A DNA stretch of 64,000 nucleotides from Pseudomonadota bacterium (GTDB taxonomy: Bacteria > UBA10199 > 2-02-FULL-44-16 > DYJF01): positions 79,094 to 143,093 of the forward strand of contig JBDRBB010000006.1 of NCBI GenBank assembly GCA_043823065.1, read 5' to 3'. The notes beneath the pieces are model-generated. The model saw only the letters and a list, made by a program, of their open reading frames with translations, did not search any database and was not told the DNA's origin. The position numbers were made by a program, and so were the translations under genes. Numbering within the stretch: the stretch's first letter is position 1; each line of letters starts with the position of its first letter. Below, in pieces: positions 10,908 to 19,288 of the stretch.

Positions 10908-13900
10908 ATGAATATTAAGCTTATAAAATATATTTTTATACTCCTGCTGGTTATATTGTCTTTTAACGCTTGCAGCGGCGAAGATTACACACCAGTTTAC
11001 TTCCCTCCCCAACAAGATTTACCAGAACAAGATCAGGTAATTAATGAAGGGGTTGGTGTTGATTGTTCAATATCATTTACTTCTCAGCTTTGCATAAAAA
11101 TTGCTGGAGCAGTTGAAGCTGGCTTGGACCCAGAAGATCCACTTTGTGCAGAGATTGATCCTTTCCCAATCCATATTTCTGGAACTGAAGTAAGCATGAT
11201 TGGTTCTGAGTTTCCAGACACCACCGTTAATATTGAGGGGTTACCTGAAATCACCCTAAATGGCAAAGGCAATACCACTGGTGATTCCAACATAGGCCAA
11301 GGAGAAATTGACAGTTCTGGCAACATTACGATTGAAGGATTTAAATTCTATATTGAAGCCTTAGGTTTTGTTGGTGAAGTTCCAGATATCACCTTAACCA
11401 CAGCATCCAGCCCAGAGCTTCCAGACTTACCTGCTGAACAAGGAAGTCCTCCTGATGTAAGCGGAGCCATGACCTTAGTTGGAGGTACCATTGTGGGTCA
11501 TCTTTTTGATGGAGCAGAAGCCTTAGAAGGAGCTTCTCTGCAAGTTAGATTTCATGGGGCAATTTCACCTACTTTAGACGAATGTAGCCAAGATTCAGGG
11601 CCAGCAAGTATTGAAATCAAAAAAATATTTGTGGATCAAGAAGGCAAGCGTTCTGAAATTCCTCTGCCCGAGGGCAAGAGATTGGAAATTTCTTCAGGAA
11701 CTTTTATTGCTCAAGATAAATATGATATTGGGCCTCATTTTGAGACTACTGCAAAATTTTCCATTCAAAATATTAGTTCTAAATCAATAGCCATTCAGGT
11801 TCCATCTAAAGTAGGTCCTTTTATAATAACTTCTTATGATAATTTAGCTACTAATCTGTCGCCCCAGCAAATAATAAATATAACTATTACTTTTCGTCCT
11901 AATTATTCAGAACAAGATGACCTTGAACCTGGGGAAGTTATCTATCCACTTATAATTGGCACTGAATCTTTTAAATTGATTGGGGTTGCTCTAGATAAAG
12001 ATGGTTTGGCTACAATCTCGCGCATTACTGAAGACGGAGAGCTGAGTGCCCCAGATATTGATGAATTAGAATTAGGTAATTTGGAGTTGCCTGCCAATTC
12101 GGAAAAAGCTTACTTTAAATGTGAAACCATAGAATGTGGTGAAGCAAGCTCTTGGGCCAATTGTACACCCTGTGCTGAAGATAATTATTCTGGCTGTGAA
12201 CTATTGCCCATAACAACTACTGGCAAACCATATGGCGAAGTTAATGAATCCTGCGAATTAATTGAAAAGGACGCCACACCCCAGATGGCTATTGATCTAC
12301 GAACATCTTCGGAAGTGCGCGCCAACAAAGAAATTATTGTAATCCAAAATCACGGCGCCCTTGATTTAACCGTACAACAAGTTACTTTATCAGAAGCACC
12401 AAATTCTCAATCTATAAACCAATTTTCAATCCAACAAAATGCTTTTTATTTAGCTGAAAACTTTGCTGACGTTGTTGATACTGACCCAGTTTCTTTTCCA
12501 ATCACTCTTCCACCCTATCAGCCAGGTTTTCAAGAATTATCGCTTTTTATTGTTGTTACGTATTCGCCAACAGATTTAATTGGTTATGATGGCGTACGCG
12601 CCGGCATTGGCAGCGCAGCTCTTGATAAAGCATTTTTAAAAGTAACGACCAGTTCGCAAGACTTAAAAATCGAGGTTAAAGGTAAAACCGCAATTAAAGA
12701 AATTCCTGCTTTAGAACTTTATTTTAAAACCTCCACAGGACCAAAACAAATTGCTAATGGAGAAACATTTTCGTTTAAAGATGTTACTGCAGAAACCATT
12801 GATAACGCAGTTCCTTTATTCCTAAAACTTTCAGACACTGAATCACGCGGTATGCGCGTTGTTTCCATAAGAATTGAAGGTGAAGACGCCCAATTTTTTG
12901 AATGGTTGGATACTGCGGAAAAAATTAATGCAATCAGTCCTCCTACTGGGCAGGGTAAGCGCTGTTCTATTCCAATCATTGATCCAACAACAGGCAACAT
13001 GACCAGAGAAATTTTTGATTTAAATCCTGTTTCACTTGGTTCCAGAGGTTTTGATTTGCAGCCTGGAGTTCATACTTTAGAAACCATGCCTTTGTTTGGC
13101 TGTGTAAATTATCACGCCAATCCTATTGACAAGACTTTTTTTGAAGCTGATTTGGTGGTTACTGCCCAAAAACTTGATGTCACGGGTAATCCAGAGCGCA
13201 ATCCTGATGGCACCTATTTGGAATCTGAACTCAAAGTTAAATTAGCAGCAGCTGTTAACCCCATTACCGGCCAAGTAGTATTACGCATTACCCAAACCAG
13301 CGCCACAATCTTAAATCCTCAAATGCCTGGAATTTCGGCAATTGCTGCTCAAGAGGAAAACTTGGCTCGCGGATTTGAAAATGAAGACGTGGTATTTTTT
13401 GCTTCTTTAATCTTGGATCCATTTGATGAAGAAACCATCTATGACTCTACCGGCCAGAAAATTATTTCCACACCAAATGATAATGTCACTGCTGTGCTTA
13501 AAGCAATTCACGGTCATCCTGTTAATCAGACTTATAATGATCCCTTGCTATTTGATTATGTCACTTTGATCCACGACAATACTCTTGAAGAAGGCATGCG
13601 CGGTATATTTGATGGATATCCTGAAGATAGTTTACCTGAAAATCTTAGAATCGGTGGCTGGCGAATTTTTACTTCTACTTTCTCTTATCCAGGGCCAGTG
13701 CCTCCAGAGGGTGTTCCCGTTCCACAAAAAGTTTCTGATTGCGAGGTAATCAATCCTTGCAGCGAAGAAGGATTTAGAAAATTTACTGACGATGGAGTAG
13801 GACCTGACCATAAAGGCGCTTGCGCTTTCTTTTACGCTTCAGGCGGTCGCTATGACAGCCCAGCTTTTCACCCCCAAGGCACACCTTTATTAAATGATGC

Positions 13901-14648
13901 TGAAGGCGAGTATAAACATCCTTGTGATGCAGTGGGTGTAAAACAAAATTTAATAGATCTAAACACCGGGCACTATAGTCTTGATGGCGCCCTCACTCTG
14001 GAAGAAATTGGGTTTAGATTTTTTGGCCCAACCATTTATCATCAGCCTTACAATATAATTCGCCGCGGAACTAGACCCTTAGATGCAATTTTCCATGTAG
14101 GATTTACTACAGAGACTTTAAAACCTTTATCTCCAGAAGATGAAGCTACCGGAGCTTATAATGTTCTGCCAGATGAAAGAATAGATTTTGCCAATCAAGG
14201 ATACATGATCAATTTAACTGATCCCAGGCCTATGCCACCAGCGCTCTGCCCAGGCAGCACTCAGAACAGGGAAATCGCTGGCAAGACTTATAGCACCTGG
14301 AAATATCTAGCGCCATTTCTGTCTCAAGACCCTGAGGGAAAAATTCCTGCTGGTTGCCCAGAACCTGATAACGATTTTGAAGAAAAAAATACTATGGCCT
14401 ACTTACATGGCCGCAGAGTTAATCATGAAACAGGAAATGCCAGTTTTGTAGCTGCTGCCAACTTTGGACCTGATGAAGAACTTACCTTTGCTTTCAAAGA
14501 TCACATGATCTTTATTGTTTTGAATGGTTGGCTTTGTGACCCAAAAGCAGTTGATGATCCTTTGCAAGGGCAAAACTGCTTTAATGCACAGTTTAACGAA
14601 CGCGATGCAAGAAGCCAGGTTTCCATTATGGATGAGGAGATTGAATAA
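10908..14648 (+). CDS. Large (1246 aa) putative lipoprotein or secreted protein, function unknown
   Basis: Internal start MNIKLIKYIFILLLVILSFNACSGEDY (hydrophobic leader then Cys). The upstream 56 codons of the tracked ORF look non-native. Divergent from the 1095-aa secreted protein. Confidence 0.6.
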   Translation: MNIKLIKYIFILLLVILSFNACSGEDYTPVYFPPQQDLPEQDQVINEGVGVDCSISFTSQLCIKIAGAVEAGLDPEDPLCAEIDPFPIHISGTEVSMIGSEFPDTTVNIEGLPEITLNGKGNTTGDSNIGQGEIDSSGNITIEGFKFYIEALGFVGEVPDITLTTASSPELPDLPAEQGSPPDVSGAMTLVGGTIVGHLFDGAEALEGASLQVRFHGAISPTLDECSQDSGPASIEIKKIFVDQEGKRSEIPLPEGKRLEISSGTFIAQDKYDIGPHFETTAKFSIQNISSKSIAIQVPSKVGPFIITSYDNLATNLSPQQIINITITFRPNYSEQDDLEPGEVIYPLIIGTESFKLIGVALDKDGLATISRITEDGELSAPDIDELELGNLELPANSEKAYFKCETIECGEASSWANCTPCAEDNYSGCELLPITTTGKPYGEVNESCELIEKDATPQMAIDLRTSSEVRANKEIIVIQNHGALDLTVQQVTLSEAPNSQSINQFSIQQNAFYLAENFADVVDTDPVSFPITLPPYQPGFQELSLFIVVTYSPTDLIGYDGVRAGIGSAALDKAFLKVTTSSQDLKIEVKGKTAIKEIPALELYFKTSTGPKQIANGETFSFKDVTAETIDNAVPLFLKLSDTESRGMRVVSIRIEGEDAQFFEWLDTAEKINAISPPTGQGKRCSIPIIDPTTGNMTREIFDLNPVSLGSRGFDLQPGVHTLETMPLFGCVNYHANPIDKTFFEADLVVTAQKLDVTGNPERNPDGTYLESELKVKLAAAVNPITGQVVLRITQTSATILNPQMPGISAIAAQEENLARGFENEDVVFFASLILDPFDEETIYDSTGQKIISTPNDNVTAVLKAIHGHPVNQTYNDPLLFDYVTLIHDNTLEEGMRGIFDGYPEDSLPENLRIGGWRIFTSTFSYPGPVPPEGVPVPQKVSDCEVINPCSEEGFRKFTDDGVGPDHKGACAFFYASGGRYDSPAFHPQGTPLLNDAEGEYKHPCDAVGVKQNLIDLNTGHYSLDGALTLEEIGFRFFGPTIYHQPYNIIRRGTRPLDAIFHVGFTTETLKPLSPEDEATGAYNVLPDERIDFANQGYMINLTDPRPMPPALCPGSTQNREIAGKTYSTWKYLAPFLSQDPEGKIPAGCPEPDNDFEEKNTMAYLHGRRVNHETGNASFVAAANFGPDEELTFAFKDHMIFIVLNGWLCDPKAVDDPLQGQNCFNAQFNERDARSQVSIMDEEIE

Positions 14649-16175
14649 ATGGGAAATTGGGGATTTAATATTGATGGCGGCTTAAATCTTAGGGTCCCCA
14701 CTTCTTTAACACCAAGTGGTGTTGGCTACCACTTTGATCTAGGTGCAATTTATAATTCTACTCGGGAAAACACCTATGATCTTACCTTAGAAATTGATGG
14801 CGGCAGCCAAGAAAGAGATATTGCCAGCTGGGATTATGCCCAAGAAATCAGCACTTGGAACGTAAGCCTTGGTTTAGGCAGACAAGAGAGGCTTGGCAGT
14901 CGTAGTCCAAGCTGGGGACATGGCTATTTAATTCAAAGAAACTCTATTGGTTTAGGTGGCTTAAGACACGGCCTAGATGGCCAAGAAGATCAAGGCCTGT
15001 ATTTTCGCGCCCAATCCACCACAGGCATAGGCTGGAATTTTCATCTCTCTCAAAGTGTAGGTTTAGCCATTGAAGGCGGGCTGCAAATTGGCACCAATGC
15101 TGGAGCTGAAGGAGAAGCTTTAAGCGGAATTGAAGTAGCAATTTTGCTTTCAGCCAGACTTGTTTTTGGTCAAAGCATGAGTGAAGCAGGACAGGCTGAT
15201 GGATTTGAAAATACTTATCATCTTTTAAGTCGTTTACTAGCTATTGCCAGCTCTATTGGCATGGAATTGGCGGTCAATAGACATGCGCAAAGATTTAGCG
15301 ATTTAGGCATTGAAGTTGGAGGAGAAGCAGGACCATCCAGCACAGATGACATTCCTTTCTTGCTCCTAGCCACAAGTGCTTTAGGCAGCAGTGGCCGAGG
15401 CAGTAATTATAGATTTTTTCGCAATTCCCAAGGATGGTGGCGCGTAGTTGATCCTTTAATTGATGTCTTGCAGGGCGGCATTATGTTTGCAGTTGGTGAA
15501 AGCAATGGCAGCCGGGCTTCAGCCACTGCTAGTTTTTTAAGCGCCTTACGCATGGGAGTTAGTTTACTTTTTAGAGATAATGAACGCGGTTCAACCTTAC
15601 TTTGTCATATCATCTATATGCTAACCGCAGGAGTAGCTGCTGCTCTGGCTGAAGACAATGATGCTGGTGAAATTGTGCGTGATGGCGCAGCTTCTGCAAC
15701 CACGGCTATCACTTTATCTACCCCCCACGATGGTGAAACCACTGATATCAATTATGCTGCGGTTTATGAAGGTGGTGGCGATCAAGATGGCAGTTGGCTT
15801 GGCCAGGCTACCATAACTTATAGATATGAAGATTGGTCCTGGTTAATCACTCAGCTATATCTACGCTCTCCTTGGTTTGTACCTGGCGGAAATCATAGCA
15901 CACCTTCTTCCATAGGCACTGGCCTTGGTTTTGATTATTCTGGTAGATTATTTCAAGTCAACATTTTAGCAGAAGTAGGAACTGCTTATAGCGGCCTAGG
16001 TGGAGCAGCAGGTAGAATTGGCGCTAATGCTCAGGTTGGCATGCGCATTCCCATTGGCAGTCGTTTTATCTTAAATTTAGGGCTAACAGGAAGTGCTTAT
16101 ACCCTAGTCCCAAATTCTGGATTCAGATATGGCATAGGTTTTTATTTAGGTGGCGGACTTAGACCACGTCCTTAA
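14649..16175 (+). CDS. Gly-rich, beta-strand-rich protein of unknown function, translationally abutting the upstream lipoprotein gene
   Basis: Its ATG immediately follows the TAA of the upstream gene. The C-terminal third has alternating hydrophobic patterns (RFILNLGLTGSAYTLVPNSGFRYGIGFYLGG). No N-terminal signal peptide is seen. Confidence 0.45.
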   Translation: MGNWGFNIDGGLNLRVPTSLTPSGVGYHFDLGAIYNSTRENTYDLTLEIDGGSQERDIASWDYAQEISTWNVSLGLGRQERLGSRSPSWGHGYLIQRNSIGLGGLRHGLDGQEDQGLYFRAQSTTGIGWNFHLSQSVGLAIEGGLQIGTNAGAEGEALSGIEVAILLSARLVFGQSMSEAGQADGFENTYHLLSRLLAIASSIGMELAVNRHAQRFSDLGIEVGGEAGPSSTDDIPFLLLATSALGSSGRGSNYRFFRNSQGWWRVVDPLIDVLQGGIMFAVGESNGSRASATASFLSALRMGVSLLFRDNERGSTLLCHIIYMLTAGVAAALAEDNDAGEIVRDGAASATTAITLSTPHDGETTDINYAAVYEGGGDQDGSWLGQATITYRYEDWSWLITQLYLRSPWFVPGGNHSTPSSIGTGLGFDYSGRLFQVNILAEVGTAYSGLGGAAGRIGANAQVGMRIPIGSRFILNLGLTGSAYTLVPNSGFRYGIGFYLGGGLRPRP

Positions 16176-16708
16176 GAATATAATTTATGTGCTTCCAAAT
16201 AGTTTTTAACTTCTTGGGCAACTAATTCATCAACAGGCTCGTTCTTAGCTATTTTTCCCCGAATCTCAGTTGAACTAACATCTGGAATCATGGAACCTTT
16301 GCCGCGCGGAATGGAAATAATCGGAACCAATTTTTTGATCTCTTCAAATTCATGCCAGTCTTTAGTTTCTTGGTGAATATCTCCGCCAGTTACTAAAGAA
16401 AACGTGTAATCAGGAAATTTTTGCTGCAAGTGACGAATGGTACGAATGGTATGCGATGTTCCGCCCAGTTCCTGTTCAATAGTGGAGACCATTAATTTTT
16501 CCCCAAATTTGGCAAAAGCTATCTGGCACATTTGATAACGGTCTGGAAAAGGGGCCAGCTCTTTGCCAAATGGATGTTCAAAGCAAGGCACAATCCAAAC
16601 CTGATCAATTTGCTCATTTTGCAACAGCCATTCACAAATAACTAGGTGACCAATATGCGGTGGATTAAAAGATCCGCCAAAGAGGGCAATCTTTGTTTTA
16701 GCACTCAT
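16172..16708 (-). CDS. nadD: Nicotinate-nucleotide adenylyltransferase
   Basis: MSAKTKIALFGGSFNPPHIGHL... (HxGH motif). The tracked N-terminal extension (SLRAKRSNPEDTLGIASSLKAPRND) is a translation of an intergenic repeat. Confidence 0.85.
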   Translation of the reverse strand: MSAKTKIALFGGSFNPPHIGHLVICEWLLQNEQIDQVWIVPCFEHPFGKELAPFPDRYQMCQIAFAKFGEKLMVSTIEQELGGTSHTIRTIRHLQQKFPDYTFSLVTGGDIHQETKDWHEFEEIKKLVPIISIPRGKGSMIPDVSSTEIRGKIAKNEPVDELVAQEVKNYLEAHKLYS

Positions 16709-16717
16709 AATACTGCT

Positions 16718-16793
16718 GTCATTGCGAGGAGCTTTAAGCGACGAAGCAATCCCAAGGGTATCCTCTGGATTGCTTCGCTTCGCTCGCAATGAC
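16718..16793. repeat. Intergenic inverted-repeat element (GTCATTGCGAGG ... CCTCGCAATGAC family)
   Basis: gtcattgcgaggagctttaagcgacgaagcaatcc...ggattgcttcgcttcgctcgcaatgac. It forms a long hairpin. Confidence 0.8.
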
Positions 16794-16845
16794 ACCCCTA
16801 CATTCTGCTTGCAGACTTATAAACAACAATTTATAAGAAATTCAT

Positions 16846-17721
16846 ATGAAATTCAATCATGTAGTTGTTGTTTACAAAGGTATTACCAAATTACGCAGCG
16901 CTACAGACGAACAGGGTTTAGTACGTCTTAAAAAAGATTCTCCCAAACTTTATAAAGAAAGCCTGGCTCAGCAAGATAAACATCTAGGCGCCATCAATCA
17001 AACTATTGCTGTCTTAGAAAAATTCGAAATTGATTATGAAGTAATTCATCGGGAAAACTTAGAACAACATCTTAAAAAACTTAGCCGCAAAACAGATTTA
17101 ATTATTGCTATAGGTGGTGATGGTACTGTTTTGGCTGCTGCCCATGTAGCTGATAGCATTCCCATCCTGGCTATTAACTCTCTGCCCAAAACTTCGCGTG
17201 GTTACTTTTGTGTTACTACTGCCCAAGATTTTGAAAACCTGTTTCTAAAAATCATTAAGGGAAAGAAAAAAACAAAATCTTTGCCTTTGCTCAAAATCAC
17301 TATCAATGACCAGGAAGTGCCTACCAAGGCCTTAAATGATATTTTATTTACCAGTGAATCGCCTGCGGAAACAGTGCAATATACCTTGCAGGTTGGTAAA
17401 AACAAAGAGCGGCAAAGAGGCTCTGGCATTTGGCTTGCTGCTGGGCCTGGTTCTACTGCTGGCATTAAGTCTGCTGGAGGCAAAGTTCAAAACATTACTT
17501 CAGAAAAGATTCAATTTTTAGCGCGCGAGCTATGCGAGACCCCAGAGCTTTCTTACAAACTACGCCAAGGTTTTATAGCCAAGAATCAAGTTCTAAAAAT
17601 CATTTCTGAATCTGATTTAGGCAGAATCTATATTGACGGCAAAAGCGCCACCCACCATCTTTCCCGCGGCGCTACCCTTAGCATCGAAATCGCCAAGCAA
17701 AAGCTACAAATTTATCTTTAA
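16846..17721 (+). CDS. nadK: NAD+ kinase
   Basis: GGDGTVL motif and overall NadK collinearity. Divergent from nadD. Confidence 0.8.
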   Translation: MKFNHVVVVYKGITKLRSATDEQGLVRLKKDSPKLYKESLAQQDKHLGAINQTIAVLEKFEIDYEVIHRENLEQHLKKLSRKTDLIIAIGGDGTVLAAAHVADSIPILAINSLPKTSRGYFCVTTAQDFENLFLKIIKGKKKTKSLPLLKITINDQEVPTKALNDILFTSESPAETVQYTLQVGKNKERQRGSGIWLAAGPGSTAGIKSAGGKVQNITSEKIQFLARELCETPELSYKLRQGFIAKNQVLKIISESDLGRIYIDGKSATHHLSRGATLSIEIAKQKLQIYL

Positions 17722-17730
17722 TATCAAATT

Positions 17731-17804
17731 GTCATTGCGAACGATGTGAAGCAATCCCGTTAGCTTATGTTGTCATTGCGAACGAAGTGAAGCAATCCCG
17801 TTAG
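17731..17804. repeat. Two tandem 33-bp copies of GTCATTGCGAACGA(T/A)GTGAAGCAATCCCGTTAG
   Basis: Direct tandem copy separated by 8 bp. Same repeat family as 16718-16793. Confidence 0.8.
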
Positions 17805-18094
17805 AACCAGTCCTTGCTTAAATCTATCCACTCCTTATTTTCTCTTTCAATAAGCTCAATTTTTCTTTTTCTTGAACCAGCTTTAATCTGTTTTTCACGC
17901 AATATTGCGAATTCTACATCATTACTGGTTTCAAAATATAAAAGTTTATCTATATTGTAGTTAGACGTGAAACCCAAAATCAACTTATTCTTATGTTCAT
18001 ATACTCTACCTTCTAAATCACTTGTTACACCAGTATAGAGGACCGTATTTCTTTGATTAGTCATTATGTAAATGTAGTAGGTTTTGCTGGACAT
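17801..18094 (-). CDS. GIY-YIG nuclease superfamily protein (small stand-alone Uri domain)
   Basis: YYIYIMTNQRNTVLYTGVTSDLEGRVYEHK... Flanked on both sides by copies of the GTCATTGCGA repeat. Confidence 0.8.
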   Translation of the reverse strand: MSSKTYYIYIMTNQRNTVLYTGVTSDLEGRVYEHKNKLILGFTSNYNIDKLLYFETSNDVEFAILREKQIKAGSRKRKIELIERENKEWIDLSKDWF

Positions 18095-18106
18095 TCATGC
18101 CTCACC

Positions 18107-18142
18107 GGGATTGCTTCGTAGCTTACGCTCCTCGCAATGACA
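18107..18142. repeat. Inverted-repeat element copy (GGATTGCTTCG ... CTCGCAATGAC)
   Basis: gggattgcttcgtagcttacgctcctcgcaatgac. Overlaps the 3' end of rmuC. Confidence 0.7.
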
Positions 18143-19241
18143 CACTTGTTTCCTCTGGTGATGCATCTAATTCTGCGGTTACTGGTTGGTCTAACGTTGT
18201 CATGCGGTCATCGAGGCGGCCCAGGCGCTTGTCTGCGCTATCATAGGCTGATGAGGCATTGGAGATATGTTTGCCGATTTTAGAAAAATCATCTTTGAAC
18301 CGGCCAAAATCGTTCTTGATTCTGCCCATTTCTTTGATGATCTCCGCCACAAATTTTTCTACGCGCATCCCCTTCAAACCAAGCAGGATGGTGTTTAGAT
18401 AGGCATAAAAAGTATTAGGTGATACAGGGATAACTTTCTTTTTCATGGCATAAGCAAGTGGCGCATCGGTTTCACCCAGGGTTTCATTGCGGGTAATGAT
18501 ATCATAATAAATATTTTCCGCAGGAATATACATTAAGGCAAAATCAAAAGTGCCCTCGCCTTGGCGGATATATTTGGCAGATTCATTCACTCGCCTTTTC
18601 ACGCTTTCCACAAAACCCCGACGATTGATCTTTCTTTGCTCATCTGTATCTGCGCTTAATGAACGTTGAAAATCCTCCAAGGGAAATTTGGAATCAATGG
18701 GCACCAGGCCGTGCGCGGTCTTGATTACTGCATCAACGCGTTCACCGTCTTTGAAGCTGTATTGCAGCTCATAGGAATCTTGCGGAAGCATTTGTCCCAA
18801 AAGATCAGCTAGAAAAATTTCACCCAAACCACCCCGCATTTTTGGCGCGCGCAAAATATCTTGCAGGCTGGAAATATCTTTACCAACTTCTAAAACGCGC
18901 AATGTTGCTTCTTCAACTTTCAGCATGCGTTCACCTAAAACATTTACTGTGCGCGTGGCATTATCCAGACGTTCGCCCACTGTTTTGCTAACAGTATCTA
19001 GACGCTCGCCAACAGTCTTGTGCGTAATCTGCATCTGCTGAGCATTATTTTTCAGATGTTCATCAAGACGATTTTGCGTATTTTCAAAACTGGAACGAAG
19101 TACATCTTGAAGGGCAATCAACTGTTGCTGGATGTTCGCTGTAGTCTGGTCTTCACTTTTTTTGCGGAAGATTAGATAGGCTAGAGCAAATGCTCCAATG
19201 CCAACTATAATTGTGATTATAATAATGATGGGGGAATCCAT
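18123..19241 (-). CDS. rmuC: DNA recombination protein RmuC family
   Basis: N-terminal TM helix, long coiled-coil, C-terminal RmuC-type nuclease region (FALMYIPAENIYYD...PNTFYAYL). Confidence 0.75.
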   Translation of the reverse strand: MDSPIIIIITIIVGIGAFALAYLIFRKKSEDQTTANIQQQLIALQDVLRSSFENTQNRLDEHLKNNAQQMQITHKTVGERLDTVSKTVGERLDNATRTVNVLGERMLKVEEATLRVLEVGKDISSLQDILRAPKMRGGLGEIFLADLLGQMLPQDSYELQYSFKDGERVDAVIKTAHGLVPIDSKFPLEDFQRSLSADTDEQRKINRRGFVESVKRRVNESAKYIRQGEGTFDFALMYIPAENIYYDIITRNETLGETDAPLAYAMKKKVIPVSPNTFYAYLNTILLGLKGMRVEKFVAEIIKEMGRIKNDFGRFKDDFSKIGKHISNASSAYDSADKRLGRLDDRMTTLDQPVTAELDASPEETSVSLRGA

Positions 19242-19288
19242 GAAACATGGTCTAAGCTAAAATTGAGTGGGAAGCAAGTGGTAATTAA

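Noticed and set aside
14649-16175. Calling the 508-aa Gly-rich protein an outer-membrane beta-barrel
   Set aside because: The C-terminal region looks beta-barrel-like, but there is no N-terminal signal peptide or C-terminal aromatic residue. I left the function open.
16722-16931. 69-aa ORF (MRGALSDEAIPRVSSGLLRFARNDT...) between nadD and nadK
   Set aside because: The sequence is a translation of the intergenic inverted-repeat element. It overlaps the nadK start and the divergent promoter region.
17731-17804. Possible CRISPR array (two identical 33-bp units with a short spacer)
   Set aside because: There are only two units with an 8-bp spacer and no further repeats. The unit is a member of the dispersed GTCATTGCGA inverted-repeat family. 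No cas genes are nearby.
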